Assembly: GCF_018977255.1 (NCBI RefSeq)
Contig: NW_024704743.1
Span: 30,692,001 to 30,756,000 of the forward strand
DNA from: Callorhinchus milii
Lineage: Eukaryota
Direction: 5' to 3'
DNA: 64,000 nucleotides
Shown here: piece by piece, positions 23,445 to 34,840 of the stretch
Layout of the letters: each line of letters opens with the position of its first letter
Position numbering within the stretch: the stretch's first letter is position 1
Made by a program: the position numbers and the translations under genes
The notes under the pieces: model-generated
What the model was told of the DNA's origin: nothing
The model's input: only the letters and a program-made list of their open reading frames with translations
Databases searched by the model: none

Positions 23445-25263
23445 AAGACAGGGAGATAATATATATTATAATACAAACTTAGGATTCCAGAAGAAGCATA
23501 GTAAGTGGTGGATGAACAAACAATAAATATTTTATTTATTTTATTCAGCAGAGCAATCAGGGATATATCTCCACTGAAGTATATGCACTGATCCAATTAG
23601 TTGTAATATGCATTCAAAGAGCCCAATTTGTAAACCGCAATTCCATAATTGAAACAGATTCACATTGCAGTAGAAGTAAAAGAAACTGAATCACTTAAAA
23701 GTATATTTAGCAGTAATAACACAGTACAGTATATTCAAACAGTCGGTGAGCGAGCCAGATAATGAAGTTGGGATAGATAGCTCAAGTAAAGATACACAAG
23801 CAGAACTTGATGGACGTAATGGTCCGTTTCTGTGACTCAGTACAATGAGTAAGAACTGTCACAGCACGTTATGTTACCCAGAACTACATCAGCAATGGAC
23901 AATTGGATTTAGCAGGCAAAACCTTACAATTTAGTTAGCATATAAATGTTGCTCATTACAGCAATGTAGAATATTGTTCTATTTAAGACCTTGCAGACCT
24001 TAATTTTGGACTTTCCCAGCTCAGGATTCACCTTTGACCATTTCAGAATCTCACTGCAAATCTCTCAATCTGATTATTCAGATTTATAATACAGACGTAT
24101 GATTTGCAAATATCATATGCTAAACACAGGAAACTAACAGTCATCTGTTAAAAACATCCATTTAGAAATGTACAGCTTTCAAAATTATCACGTTATGATA
24201 TTCCCAAGGTTTTTCCACAAGCCATAGTTTTGCTTTTCTTAATTTCAAGGCCCTTCTCAAGATGTACCTCTTTTACTGTGATTTTGGTCGTCTTACAACA
24301 TGGCTTGTAATGGTGAACCTAAGTCCTTTCCCTTCCACCCTATTACTGTACAATTACCAAAATGATAAGAGAACCAAGGGCAAATAGATAGAAATTAATG
24401 AAAAGTGCTGCTTCCTGCAAACATCCGAGACAAGATTCTGTTTCAAACATATCTTCACAGTCCTAATGCAATGCAAAAACAAACATGAACGTGCTTCAGG
24501 ACCAGAGGGCAGAAGTAAAGGTCAAGGTTTACTTAATAAAACAGACAGCGGCTCCCTGGGTTGCTATTTTGAAACCGTCTGGGCCAACAACTCGCTACGC
24601 CTGCTTTCTTGCTTTCACTTGGAGAGCTTAAGATCAAACCAGAAATACCATCAGTCAGTCTCAGGATACAAAGACAAAGCCAAGTGTTCTTTCATTAGCT
24701 TATACAAAGAGTCTCAAGGTCAAGCATTGCCCTCAAATTAATGAGAACAAGTCTCAGGAGCTGGATATGCTGAAATAGAAACCGTTTCAAGATTACGTTC
24801 ATCTTCCATGTTCCATTCATTTAAAAAAGTTTTATTTGACATAATGAAAATCTAAACTGTGCTTAAAAAACACTTAATGATTTGGTCTTTGAAGATGCAC
24901 AGATCTGCTGGTGTAAAGCCTGTTGTCTTCAGTATAAATCTACACACTCAGCAAAGGAAATGATCAAAAAGATTGTACCTCTTGAGGAACAGTTCAGTCA
25001 GTCCTATGGAGAATAAGGGGAAAAAGCTAGAGAATGGGATTAATAAACAAATGGGCAATTCAAAAAATTAGGCAGCCCCAGACACGATGGGCCAGGTGGC
25101 ACCCTTCTGCACAAACAATTCCTAGATTTGTTTCTGAACAAAGCTGGAGAAGTAAAGTACTCTTAATCCATTCTTGACCATTTAGAACAAAGATTACTAG
25201 CTGCTGAACGCACCTAGGAATTCTAACAATCCTAGATTTCACTTTCTGATTAAACATTATTAG

Positions 25264-26300
25264 AATAATAAATTATTACTCTGATATCATGCCTTATGTT
25301 GTTGAGATGTCTGAAAGCACTTCATGGATTTTACTGTGGGCGGTTTTGGTCAGCCAGGTGTCTGACACATGCAGAAATCCAGCACTTTGCTTAAGAGTAT
25401 CCAAGCCAAACTGAGAATTCATGCATCCCACCTACACATGGAAATTCCAGAGACAGATTGTTGGAATGGAATGCATCCTGCTTACCTATTACCGGAAAGT
25501 ATTAGGCGCAGGTTGGCAAGAGCCAAGGCTTGGGGATCCAAGAGTGTGCTTTGGGTTCCTGTTGGAGTCTAATCAGCTAAACCGCATAGCTTACCATTGA
25601 TATCACTGTCTGGCAAGCTTTCCTGCTACTTGTCTAGCTAGGACCACCCTACCCACTAGGTTTTGGCTTGCAGGATTAACGGGAGCTAAGTGGGAAGTGT
25701 TCCTACCCCAGTGACCAGATTGACAGGAAGTCTTGCCAATGAGCCAGGCTGGCTGTGCTATCATCAACAGTGCCCTGGAATACTGTGGACCCACCTGGGT
25801 CAGGAACTAGAATACCGAGACCGCAATAGAGGGCTCGATTCTGACATTCTGTTGCCAAACATGTCACCTTGGAGCCAATTCAGTTCCAAGGAGATCCCAC
25901 TTACCTACCCCTCCCCAAGAAGGATAGTATTTAGTGACTGTATTTTATAGGCAAACACAACAACCAATTTGTGCAGAGCAATGTCCAACAAACAGCCATG
26001 AAGTGAATGATCAATTCTATTTTGGAGGATTTTTCCCAGGGTACTGAGGAAGTTTGTCTTCTCTTTCCTAGTCGTGCCATGGTATCTTTTATGTCCACAT
26101 GATCAGTCAGGCAGGACTTCGGTTTCACCTCTCATCTGAAGCATGGCACATCTATCAATACAACCTCTTTCGACGAACCCCACCCCCCAGCACTACATTG
26201 GAGTGTCAGCCTAACTTATACAAGTTCAAAGTCCCGACATGAGGCTTAGACCCACAACCTTCAGACTCGGAGGCGAGTGCGCTACCAACTGAAGCTGGAA
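25264..26300 (-). mobile_element. DeuSINE interrupted by the unclassified repeat
   Basis: Tail 25264-25337; resumes TAGTGACTGTATTTT near 25932; head CCCACAACCTTCAGACTCGGAGGCGAGTGCGCTACCAACTGA. Confidence 0.85.
25338..25927. repeat. Unclassified ~550-600-bp interspersed repeat, copy 2
   Basis: Collinear with 8330-8852; splits a DeuSINE. Confidence 0.85.
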
Positions 26301-26499
26301 ACTCGCTACATTACAAGGCAGCCCTCCTAGAATGTATCCCAGTTGAGAACAAAGTATGTGGCCCCCAGTTTACCACAAGCGTTCTACACCTGGTTTCCTG
26401 CGCTGACTTGCCGTGCTAAAATTGGCTGACTTCCAGATTCTCACTTACATTAATTCCTGTGTGTGATGAGTGTGCATAGTCAAGGGTTCCTAAAGCTAT

Positions 26500-26730
26500 T
26501 AGTCAGTATGAAACACAACCATAGAAACCCAGAAAGTCTCAGATTCAATCATTGATCTGTGCTGACTTAGCTATCCCTGTTCGGGTAACATTATAGCACT
26601 ACAATTAACCTCAATGCTCCCAGACAGGGAGAGCAGGGAAGTAAAATCAGCCTGTAATATGTGCTATCAATAGACCTCGATTGGAAAATATGCATGTGTG
26701 GGCATTATCACGGAGATCAAGGCAGATCAA
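26500..26730 (+). mobile_element. AmnSINE2-like SINE
   Basis: TCTGTGCTGACTTAGCTA..CACTACAATTAACCTCAATG..AAAATCAGCC. Confidence 0.65.
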
Positions 26731-26799
26731 TCGGCAACCTCTTCTCTGGAACCCACCATCCTGATCACGCTAAACTCACAAGCGCAAGACACCACCACC

Positions 26800-26920
26800 C
26801 CCCACCACCCTCCACCCTTCCTGATTCCAACTCCCAGCTCGGGTCCAAATACCCCTGACTGTCCAACGCCCTGAGAAGTCTTTCCTATGTAAAGGGTGCT
26901 ATGCAATTTTGTTGTTGTTG
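26800..26920 (+). mobile_element. L2 family A 3' UTR
   Basis: CCCAGCTCGGGTCCAAA..GTGCTATGCAATTTT(GTT)n. Confidence 0.75.
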
Positions 26921-28169
26921 CTGTTGACTGTGGGGGTGTGGTGGGGGGGGGGTGCGGGAGGAAAGTAGAGGTGAAAGAGCACATTAAAAGACGAGCCTCA
27001 ATAACTATTTCTCAGAAGTGGAATGAAGTGATGCATAAGGCAAAAGGGAGCTGGGAAAAATATACATGCAAGTATGCTGAATAATTTGGGAAACTAAGTT
27101 TAATTGGATAAGAAGTAATGCAATTTGCACATTTAGATTTCAATTAATTTGATTAATTGAACAAATCATACCATTATGTTCGCTGGTGGATTTCACCAGA
27201 ATAAACATCTACAGAGATGCAAAAGCATTGTATTATATTCCCCAGGAGAAACAAGCTTCCCATGAGAAAGTGTGTGGGTGTGTGCATATATATATAAAAA
27301 ATATATATGTACACATCACCTGAAGCCTCACTATCACAAACCCAAATCAGGCTGAATGGCAACATGCAGTCTGGCCTCAGGCACGCAGAAAAGAATGGAG
27401 GAGGCTAGCCACACTCACAGAAGTATACCTCAGCACCAATTTGTGCCTTCAGGAAAGAAAATTAGAAGGAAAATCTATCAATGTAACAAGACTTATAAGT
27501 AATGCACGTACAGAATGTTAGCATTTACTCCACATCAGTTGGGTGGACTGAAATATTATTCTTTTCTCCTTTGGCAAACCCATCGTACACATGGAAGAGA
27601 GCGACTTTGACCACAGGCAAAGCAGTTGGGAATTTACAAGCAGAATTTTCATCTCTATTTGTTGAGCATGTAAGCAATGTCGTATTCCATTCATTTGCAC
27701 GTGAAAGATTACAAACAGCTCACTTCACTATGCAATGAATTTCACTATTAAAGCTCTGCTGATTTGCAAACTAATGAAATTGTGAAAAAGAGATTTCCAT
27801 TGACAATCTTTAGGCAAAGCAAATGTTTACAAAGAAAACATTTGAAGTTTTAAATTGCAAATCAGTTTATCTTTGCTGTTTTTCTGAATATTTTAGTTTA
27901 AATATTAAATGGGCATGCAGTCTGGGAGGAGTTACCCAAAGTGTTTTACTCACAAAATAACCATTCATTCCACTGTACAGTTTATGCAGTGAAGCACTTT
28001 GAGACTTCTCGATGACGTGAAAGACGCTATATCAAACGCAAGGATTATTCTGATTATCTTAACTGACACAAATTGCTAATCAAGAGTTGAATAATCTTAA
28101 ACTGTACTCATGTTAAATTCAGTTTCCCTATAACACGGGAAAGAAAAAGAAAAATCTCCAACAGCTCTC

Positions 28170-28330
28170 TTCCCATTTGTCTCTCCCTGATGGAATTTGA
28201 TTCATTTCTCTTTCTACTGGTTTCACAGGCAGTGGCCACCAGCACCTCAGCCAAGCGGCCATTATTCATACGTAGGCCTGTACAATAAGGGTTGGCAGGC
28301 TGTTTGACCTTGGGGAGGCATCACCATGCT
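28170..28330 (-). mobile_element. AmnSINE2-like SINE 3' part
   Basis: ACCTCAGCCAAGCGGCCATTATTCAT..GTTGGCAGGCTGTTTGACC..GGCATCAC. Confidence 0.65.
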
Positions 28331-28510
28331 TTTTTGGCTGCTGCTGCTGGAAGACAGAGTGTCTGAAGTGCTCCTGCTGTCCCCATTCTCAGAAGCGAAG
28401 CAGGCTTTGCTGTCAGTGGATATTGTGGAAAGCTACTCGTTCTCTGTAAATTAATGTCCATTTGCAGTTATCAAACCACCACTGTAGATACCCCTCCAAC
28501 AATATCGTTT

Positions 28511-28700
28511 GAACTTGCATTTATATAGCTCTCTTTACACAGGAGCATTCAACAGTGGTAGAGCCGGACATCAAGGAGGGGAGAGGAGGAAGTGACCATA
28601 GGCATTGTCATGGGGAAAGGTCCTCAGATGTGTTGAAAGGCGGGGAATGGGGGCAAGTCAAAGGGAGTTACAGAGTTTCAGGGCATAGTGGCTGAAAGCA
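28511..28700 (-). mobile_element. L2 family B 3' fragment
   Basis: AACTTGCATTTATATAGC tail; similar to 44412-44630. Confidence 0.7.
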
Positions 28701-28701
28701 T

Positions 28702-28970
28702 AACAACAACAACATGATTCCATTTATAGAGCGCCTTTCACGTCGGGAGGACGTCCCAAGGCGCTGTACAGTTGGGTCAGGACCTGAGCAAGGGGGAAAT
28801 AGTCAGGGCGAGGGGAGGGAAGGGAGGGAACGAGGAGCGGATAGAGAGTCGAGAGGGAGCTGAAGGCATGGTCAAAGAGAAAGGTCTTGAGACCGGCCTT
28901 GAAGGAGGAAAGGGAGGAGGCGGCGAAGGCACTGGGGGATAGAGTTCCAGAGCCTCGGGGCTGAGAGGCT
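28702..28970 (-). mobile_element. L2 family A 3' fragment (young)
   Basis: Near identity to 51101-51390. Confidence 0.9.
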
Positions 28971-29157
28971 GATGAACCATGATGATAGAGTGGAGAAGTC
29001 TTTTGTAGGTTTGTTTAGTTTTCAATAGACTTTTTTTTAATGTTTGGACTATCTCTACAAAGGGAGAATTTGGGTAACAAACCAATTTTTTTAACATAGA
29101 ACCTTGTCGCATCACTTTATGGTACATTCCTCCAACAAAATGAACCAAAACGACAGT

Positions 29158-29473
29158 ATAATAATAATAATCCTTGCATTTGATATAGCGCTTTTCACGT
29201 CGGGAGGACGTCCCAAAGCTCTTCACAGAACACACTGTAAAGTTAATTGACTGTATATTTGTGGGCGAACGCGGCAGCCAATTGCACACAGCAGTGTACC
29301 ACAAACAGTCGTAGATTGAAAATGACCAATTTTATTATTATTTTGGGTTTTTGGAGGGATTATTATTAGGCGTGTGGAGTAAGGAAACTTGCCCAAGGTT
29401 TCGCCCTGCCTGGAACTGAACTCAGGTCTCTCACTTGCAAAGCAAGTGCTCTAACCGCTGAGCTACAGAACTC
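29158..29473 (-). mobile_element. tRNA(Ala-like)-derived SINE, short form
   Basis: Reverse-strand counterpart of 30962-31272; tail carries the family A L2 motif. Confidence 0.9.
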
Positions 29474-29879
29474 CACACGTATGCCTCCTGTCTCCCCTGA
29501 AGAGTGTGCCTGCAACCAGATTAAACTTTTAATAGGCAGGTTTAAAGAGCAGACAGTATTCTCTGCAAAACAGGAATCCAGAGAATAGAAGTTAGTTACA
29601 GTACTTACCAAAACACAACATTCGCAAAACTAAAATGAGTGAAGTAACAGCACACAATGCTTTCCATCTCATTACTGCATTTTGTCAATATTATACCGCA
29701 ATACCCTGCACTAGATCAAAGGAACACTCAAAAGAATATCGCTCCCTTACCCCAAGCTCCAGAAGTCCCATTCTCAGCTGCAATATCAATAGTTCATGTT
29801 ATTTTCCTGAAGATGGTCAGCTCCGAGGGCTAATAATGAAGGCAAGTTCAGAGGAGAAAAAAGTACCTTTATTAAGAGG

Positions 29880-30160
29880 CTTTTTCCCCCCACCAGTTTC
29901 ATTCTTCCTCTTTTCCTGAAGGAGTTTTCCTTCCACTGGTTTCACAAGGACTGGTTTCTCTCTTGTATCTCATCAAATAGCCATTATTCATGTGTGAGTT
30001 GTGAAAGCAAGTGTTGGTAAGCTATTCAGCTGCAGGGAACATCACACCACAGCCCAATCATGTCTATATCAGGAATAATATTCAGGAATAGGGGGTCTGG
30101 CTGAATTTCCTCTCAGTAAGCAGGGATGCTAAGGCTGTTTGTAGTGCCTTTATTGCTGGC
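29880..30160 (-). mobile_element. AmnSINE2-like SINE
   Basis: TTCCTGAAGG..GCCATTATTCATGTGTGAG..GCTATTCAGC..TGGCTGAATTTCC..TGTAGTGCC. Confidence 0.7.
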
Positions 30161-30239
30161 CCAACGTTAATTCAAAATAACATTTTAAGAGCAACTTTCT
30201 GGTGGTACTCATACTCATTAGCTCCCGTCAACATCTTCT

Positions 30240-31290
30240 ATCCTGCCACTCTGACCTCCTTAATCTCCCCGGCCTATTCCCCCAGACTCACTGAACCAGT
30301 GTGCAACATAGGCTTCAGGTTTGACCCACAACCGTCCTTCCTTCCCCACGTCTGGTCCCTGACCAGGACTGCCTTCGCCCACCTCTGCCACATTGCCTGC
30401 GTCAACCATACCTTATCCCAAATGTAGCCAAAACACTCATCCATGGATTCATCACCTCCGGACTGGACTTCTCAAGTTCATTCTTTGCCGGTCTCCACAG
30501 CTCCACCATGCACAGGATCCAACTGATCCCCCACCTGCATACTCACCCGTACTCACACCAGTCTAGCCAAGCTCTGCTGGCTCCCCGTCACCGAACGGGT
30601 CGATTTCAAGATCCTCACACATGTTTTCAAATCTCTTCATGCCCGGGCACCTCCATCCGACCTGCTTATTCCCCCCAACCCGCTGCCGCCGCTTGATTGG
30701 CTCTGGCATTCTGCATGTCCCCCGTGCCATCCGTTCCACTATTGGTGGCTGCGCTTTCAACCACTACGCCCCGAAACTCTGGAACATTCTTACTCTATCA
30801 CTCCGCCTTGTCCCTTCCTTCCCCATTTTCAGGTCTCGCCTGAAGACCTTCCTATTCGACCGTGCCTATAATCACCTTTCCCTATCCCCCAGCTCGGAGT
30901 CGTGCTCTCCACTGTCAAGCACTCTGGGATGCTAACCTGCGTGAGGGGTGCTATATAAATTGAGTCCTGTAGCTCAGCGGTTAGAGCATTCACTTTGCAA
31001 GCGAGAGACCTGGGTTCGATTCCTGGCAGGGTGAAACCTTGGCAAGTTTCTTTACTCCACACGCCTGATAATAATCCCTCAAGAAAAAAACAATAATAAA
31101 TCGGTCATTTCAATCCATGACTGTTTGTGTGACACTGCTGTGCGCAATTGGCTGCCGCATTTCGCCCACAAATATACAGTCAATTCACTTTACAGTCTAT
31201 TCTGTGAAGTGCTTTGAAATGTCTAGAAGACGTGAAAAGCACTATATCAAATGCAAGGATTATTATTATTATAAATGCAAGTTGTTGTTG
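30240..31290 (+). mobile_element. L2 family B ORF2 3' region with a SINE inserted in its tail
   Basis: FKSLH and APKLWNILTLSLR..FRSRLKTFLF motifs (ORF 30621..30935); tail resumes TATAAATGCAAGTTGTTGTTG at 31270. Confidence 0.9.
30962..31272 (+). mobile_element. tRNA(Ala-like)-derived SINE, short form
   Basis: A-box TAGCTCAGCGG, TTGCAA loop, B-box GGTTCGATTCC, Deu 3' part, (ATT)n; TATAAAT target-site duplication. Confidence 0.92.
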
Positions 31291-31557
31291 TGGAGTTTCT
31301 GGTCTATATAACCTCAATGTCAGTACCCATTGGCAATTGGAGGAGTTTGTTAATACTTCTTGAAGGAATATTAACTTTCAGCATGACGCTGTCCACCATA
31401 CCTCAATAAACAATCTGTACTGAACAGCGCATTGGTTTTAACCTCCTACAATGTATCATATCCCAATAACATCAATTTATTTTTATATAGCACCTTCATT
31501 CAGATAGTGACTTGGCGTGTTTAACATTGCTATGGAGTGTCAGGTTAGACAAAATGA

Positions 31558-31765
31558 GTTTTGCTCCCTCTCTTGCCTCCTTCAAGGCACGACTTAAGAA
31601 CCTCCTTTTTGACCGTGCCTTCAGCCGCCCTCCTACCCCCTCTACCCTCCCTTATCGCAACCCTGCTCCCCCCCACGCTCGGATCCTGATCCCTGACTGT
31701 TCAGTGCCTTGGTACGTCCTCCCAACATGAAAGGTGTTTACAATGTAATTTTGTCGTTGCTGCTG
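31558..31765 (+). mobile_element. L2 family A 3' end
   Basis: APSLASFKARLKNLLF; CCTTGGTACGTCCTCCCAACATGAAAGG. Confidence 0.85.
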
Positions 31766-31849
31766 TTTTAAGTCCCAACATGGCACTTGAACCCACAAGC
31801 TTTTGACTCAAAGGCAAGAGTTCTGCCAACTGAACCAGGCTGACACATA

Positions 31850-33170
31850 TTTATCATAATGATCATGGAAGATTCTCAAATTCACTCTTAATTTAGAAGG
31901 CGCCCGCCCTTTCTAGTTATTAAAAATAACTGGCATTCAGAATATGACAATTTAAACATTTTCCACAATTCTACACCATCTTAAATGTTAAGGTTAATGG
32001 TGTTATTGCCAATGCTTGAGTGGAATTTATTATTTCAGGCTCTGGAGGCACTGACTGACTTGAGATAATTCCACAGCCTGTTTAAATTCTGAAGACGATT
32101 TCCCCCGCAAAGTTTGCTTTTAAATTTTAAAAAGTTATAATCTCAAAGCCACTTTATTTCAGTAACACTTCTTGTGCCGTTGAAACAGTATTGAGAATTG
32201 AGACATGTTAAAATCTACAAAGTGTCTGCCTTTTAGATTTTAAAATATTTTTAAAAAGAGTCTTCTGCATACACCCATCTAATGGACAAATGCCCCCAAT
32301 TTACCACTGTGTTTTTTTCTCATAAACACCATGGTTCAAGCGTTATAACACAGCGTTAAAGGCCCATAAATAACATTTTGTTCACTTTATTTCATTACCC
32401 TGAAGTGAATGGGCTTCAACCTTTCTCTGGAGGTCATTTGAAGTTACAGGGTTTGTGATGTTGATTTTAGTTTAATACCCTTGATACATTGCCAGCATAT
32501 GCCATTAAAAAGAAAAGTGTCTTTTTTTTAAAAAAATCCCATTTTGAAAGTTTGGGAGGGGGAAAAGAACAAATGACAGAATACCTTTGAGTTCCTGACA
32601 TAGCTTATCCAGTTATTTCTGAGGTCTCATTATTCCAGCAGATTTAAAAGTGCAATCGGGAACAGTAAATTATAAGAGGCCCGGACAGCCATTTGGTCAT
32701 TATGTTTGTGCTCCACTGTTCAATCATTCTGTGAGAGACTTAATCAGTGTCAAACCAGGCTGGAGTGTTACAGCAATTTAACTCCAGGTGACAGATGAAT
32801 TGCACTGGCTCTTAAATGAAAAATACCTGGTGCACCGTTCTTTAAAACTGCACTGGCAGGTCTCTGCACTTATATTTCACTCGACAGACAGCACTTAAGA
32901 AAGGATGTTTTCATTGAGCCTGTGCTGTGCAGAAATACGGGCGGAATAAACTGAAGTGAGTGGTTATAGTGGCGCCACCCTCAATATGCTGGCTTCGCAA
33001 TGGGTTCATTTGTAAAGTGTGTTTTTGCCGAATGTGATTGCCAAATTGCTCTTCTATTCTCATTATGGGATATAGTGCATAGATAGTTCGGGACATATGT
33101 GCATGCGACCGCCAGGAAGGTGGAAGGCGAACTAGAATAACTTTTTTTTCGCTTAGCATTTCTTATGTTC
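31850..33170. promoter_or_regulatory. Repeat-free block, candidate conserved non-coding cluster
   Basis: No recognisable repeat over ~1.3 kb; CCATAAA, TAAT and TGACAG motifs; CpG retention near 32935-33130. Confidence 0.3.
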
Positions 33171-33279
33171 TTCTCCTCTCCCTCACCCCAACACATACAC
33201 TAGATTTCTCCTCTTTTCCTGAATTGGTGATTCATGCATGTTTATAGTTCTGTGAAGGACCCCCCCTCTCCCCTCGAGG

Positions 33280-33470
33280 TGGCCACTTCTCACAATCAGT
33301 GCTGGTGGACTTTTTGTCCATGGACACCATGTGCCCAGGCAGATCTTGTTGGCACACAATTGGTTTCCAGCTAGGCGCACTGGATAGTAAGCAGGAGCAT
33401 AAGATGTCTTTGTTCCACCTCCCCACACTGAGGCCAATTGTAATGGTCCTAATGAGTACCTCACCTGAAA
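33280..33470 (-). mobile_element. AmnSINE2-like SINE fragment
   Basis: TTTCCAGC..CACTGGATAG..CAGGAGC..CACTGAGGCCAATTGTA. Confidence 0.55.
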
Positions 33471-34589
33471 TTAACTTCAGGATGTGGGACAAGTGATGCT
33501 TCAAAGTAGGTCAAAAATTTGCTTATCACATTCTCACTTAACATATTCTAAGTAAAATGTTTCACACTTTGTTGCGCAGTTTCTTAACCACAAAATTACA
33601 TTTGTATTGCATCTTTCATTTCGGGAGGATGTCCCAAGGCACTGCACACTTTCAAATAAGGTTGAAGACTGAATGCAATATCAGGTGTCCATGTTGCTTG
33701 CTCTCATTTGATAGAGAAATTTAACAACAGAACACAAAAGCCAACATACCACTGGCCAATTGCAATGATGGCATTATACAGAAACTCCCTTCTCTTTTCG
33801 AATTAAATACCAAAAAGACAGCAATCTTGACAATGCAGCAGATCACTATTGCACTCAAGTGTCTGCCCAGACTCTGAGCTCAAGTCCCAATGTGGGGCTT
33901 GAACCCACAATATTCTGATCCAGTGGCAAGAGTGAGCCAGTCTGTCACCTTGCCATTGCTACATGTTCTGGTCACCACCTTTGCTGCTCTTCATAGCCGG
34001 CCAGCCTTATTAAAGACTCTTTGGGCATATGTCCAAGTGTTACATTTCAAGAATTCAATATGTAACTGGATTAGTTCCTTTATTTCCAGGTCAGGACAAT
34101 CTTGTTGGTCCATTCTTGCATAATGAGAAAACGACTTTAAAGAGCAGAGTGTGTAAAAGGCAGCACCTGATGGATGCAGCACTGGCCATACAGACGAGGA
34201 AGTTGAGTTTGGATCCCGAGTGAGTGCTGAGTTAGCTGATCCTAATTCGGGCAAGGTTATGGTTGGAAACGCCAGACCAGATCCCCACCACCACTCCTGT
34301 GCTTCCTAGTGTCCAGTGATCTCTGGAATCATAGAAATCTAGAGCGCAGGAGGCCATTCAGCCAATCAAATCTGCACCGACTCACAGAGCACGATCATTT
34401 CAGTCCAACCACCCTGCTTCATCCTCATATGCCTTCAAGCCCCTCTTTTTCATATGCATTTCCCTGGGTTGGGCATCAGCTGAAGACAGGATCAAGCTCA
34501 TTTTTGCTCACAGTCAAATCACTTATTGCTGCTCTCAGACCTTATAACAGAAAAACTCATAAGCCATGGTCTGGGAGCAACGTGGTCTG

Positions 34590-34840
34590 ATTTTGGGAAA
34601 AATTGGCCAAGAATTCTCCAGGTAAAATTGGTCGTTCACTTCATGACTGTTTGTCCTGTACTGTACAGTGTTCCAAGGTACTATCATGTATGAAGGATGC
34701 TATAGAAATGCAAGTTGTTGTTGGAAATTGCTGTGCATGAATTGGCTGCTGCATTTGCCTACAAATACACTTCAAGTCCTTTGAGACCTCTCAACTGTGT
34801 GATAAGGCACTATATCAATTGCAAAGATTATTTATTTATC
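34590..34840 (+). mobile_element. DeuSINE 3' part with an inserted L2-type tail
   Basis: GGTCGTTCACTTCATGACTGTTTGT | GCTATAGAAATGCAAGTTGTTG | TTGCTGTGCATGAATTGGCTGC. Confidence 0.7.

Noticed and set aside
25898..25927. ACTTACCT resembling the U1 snRNA 5' end
   Set aside because: The following sequence does not match U1
30962..31035. tRNA-Ala-like gene
   Set aside because: It is a SINE head: no pol III terminator, and it runs into the SINE body and tail
32945..33125. CTCF-like motifs
   Set aside because: Key core positions mismatch
33465..33547. Minus-strand exon candidate with CAG|GTGAG donor (NMLSENVISKFL..PHPE)
   Set aside because: Resembles CR1 SKEVMLKLY..LVRPHLE and abuts a SINE fragment
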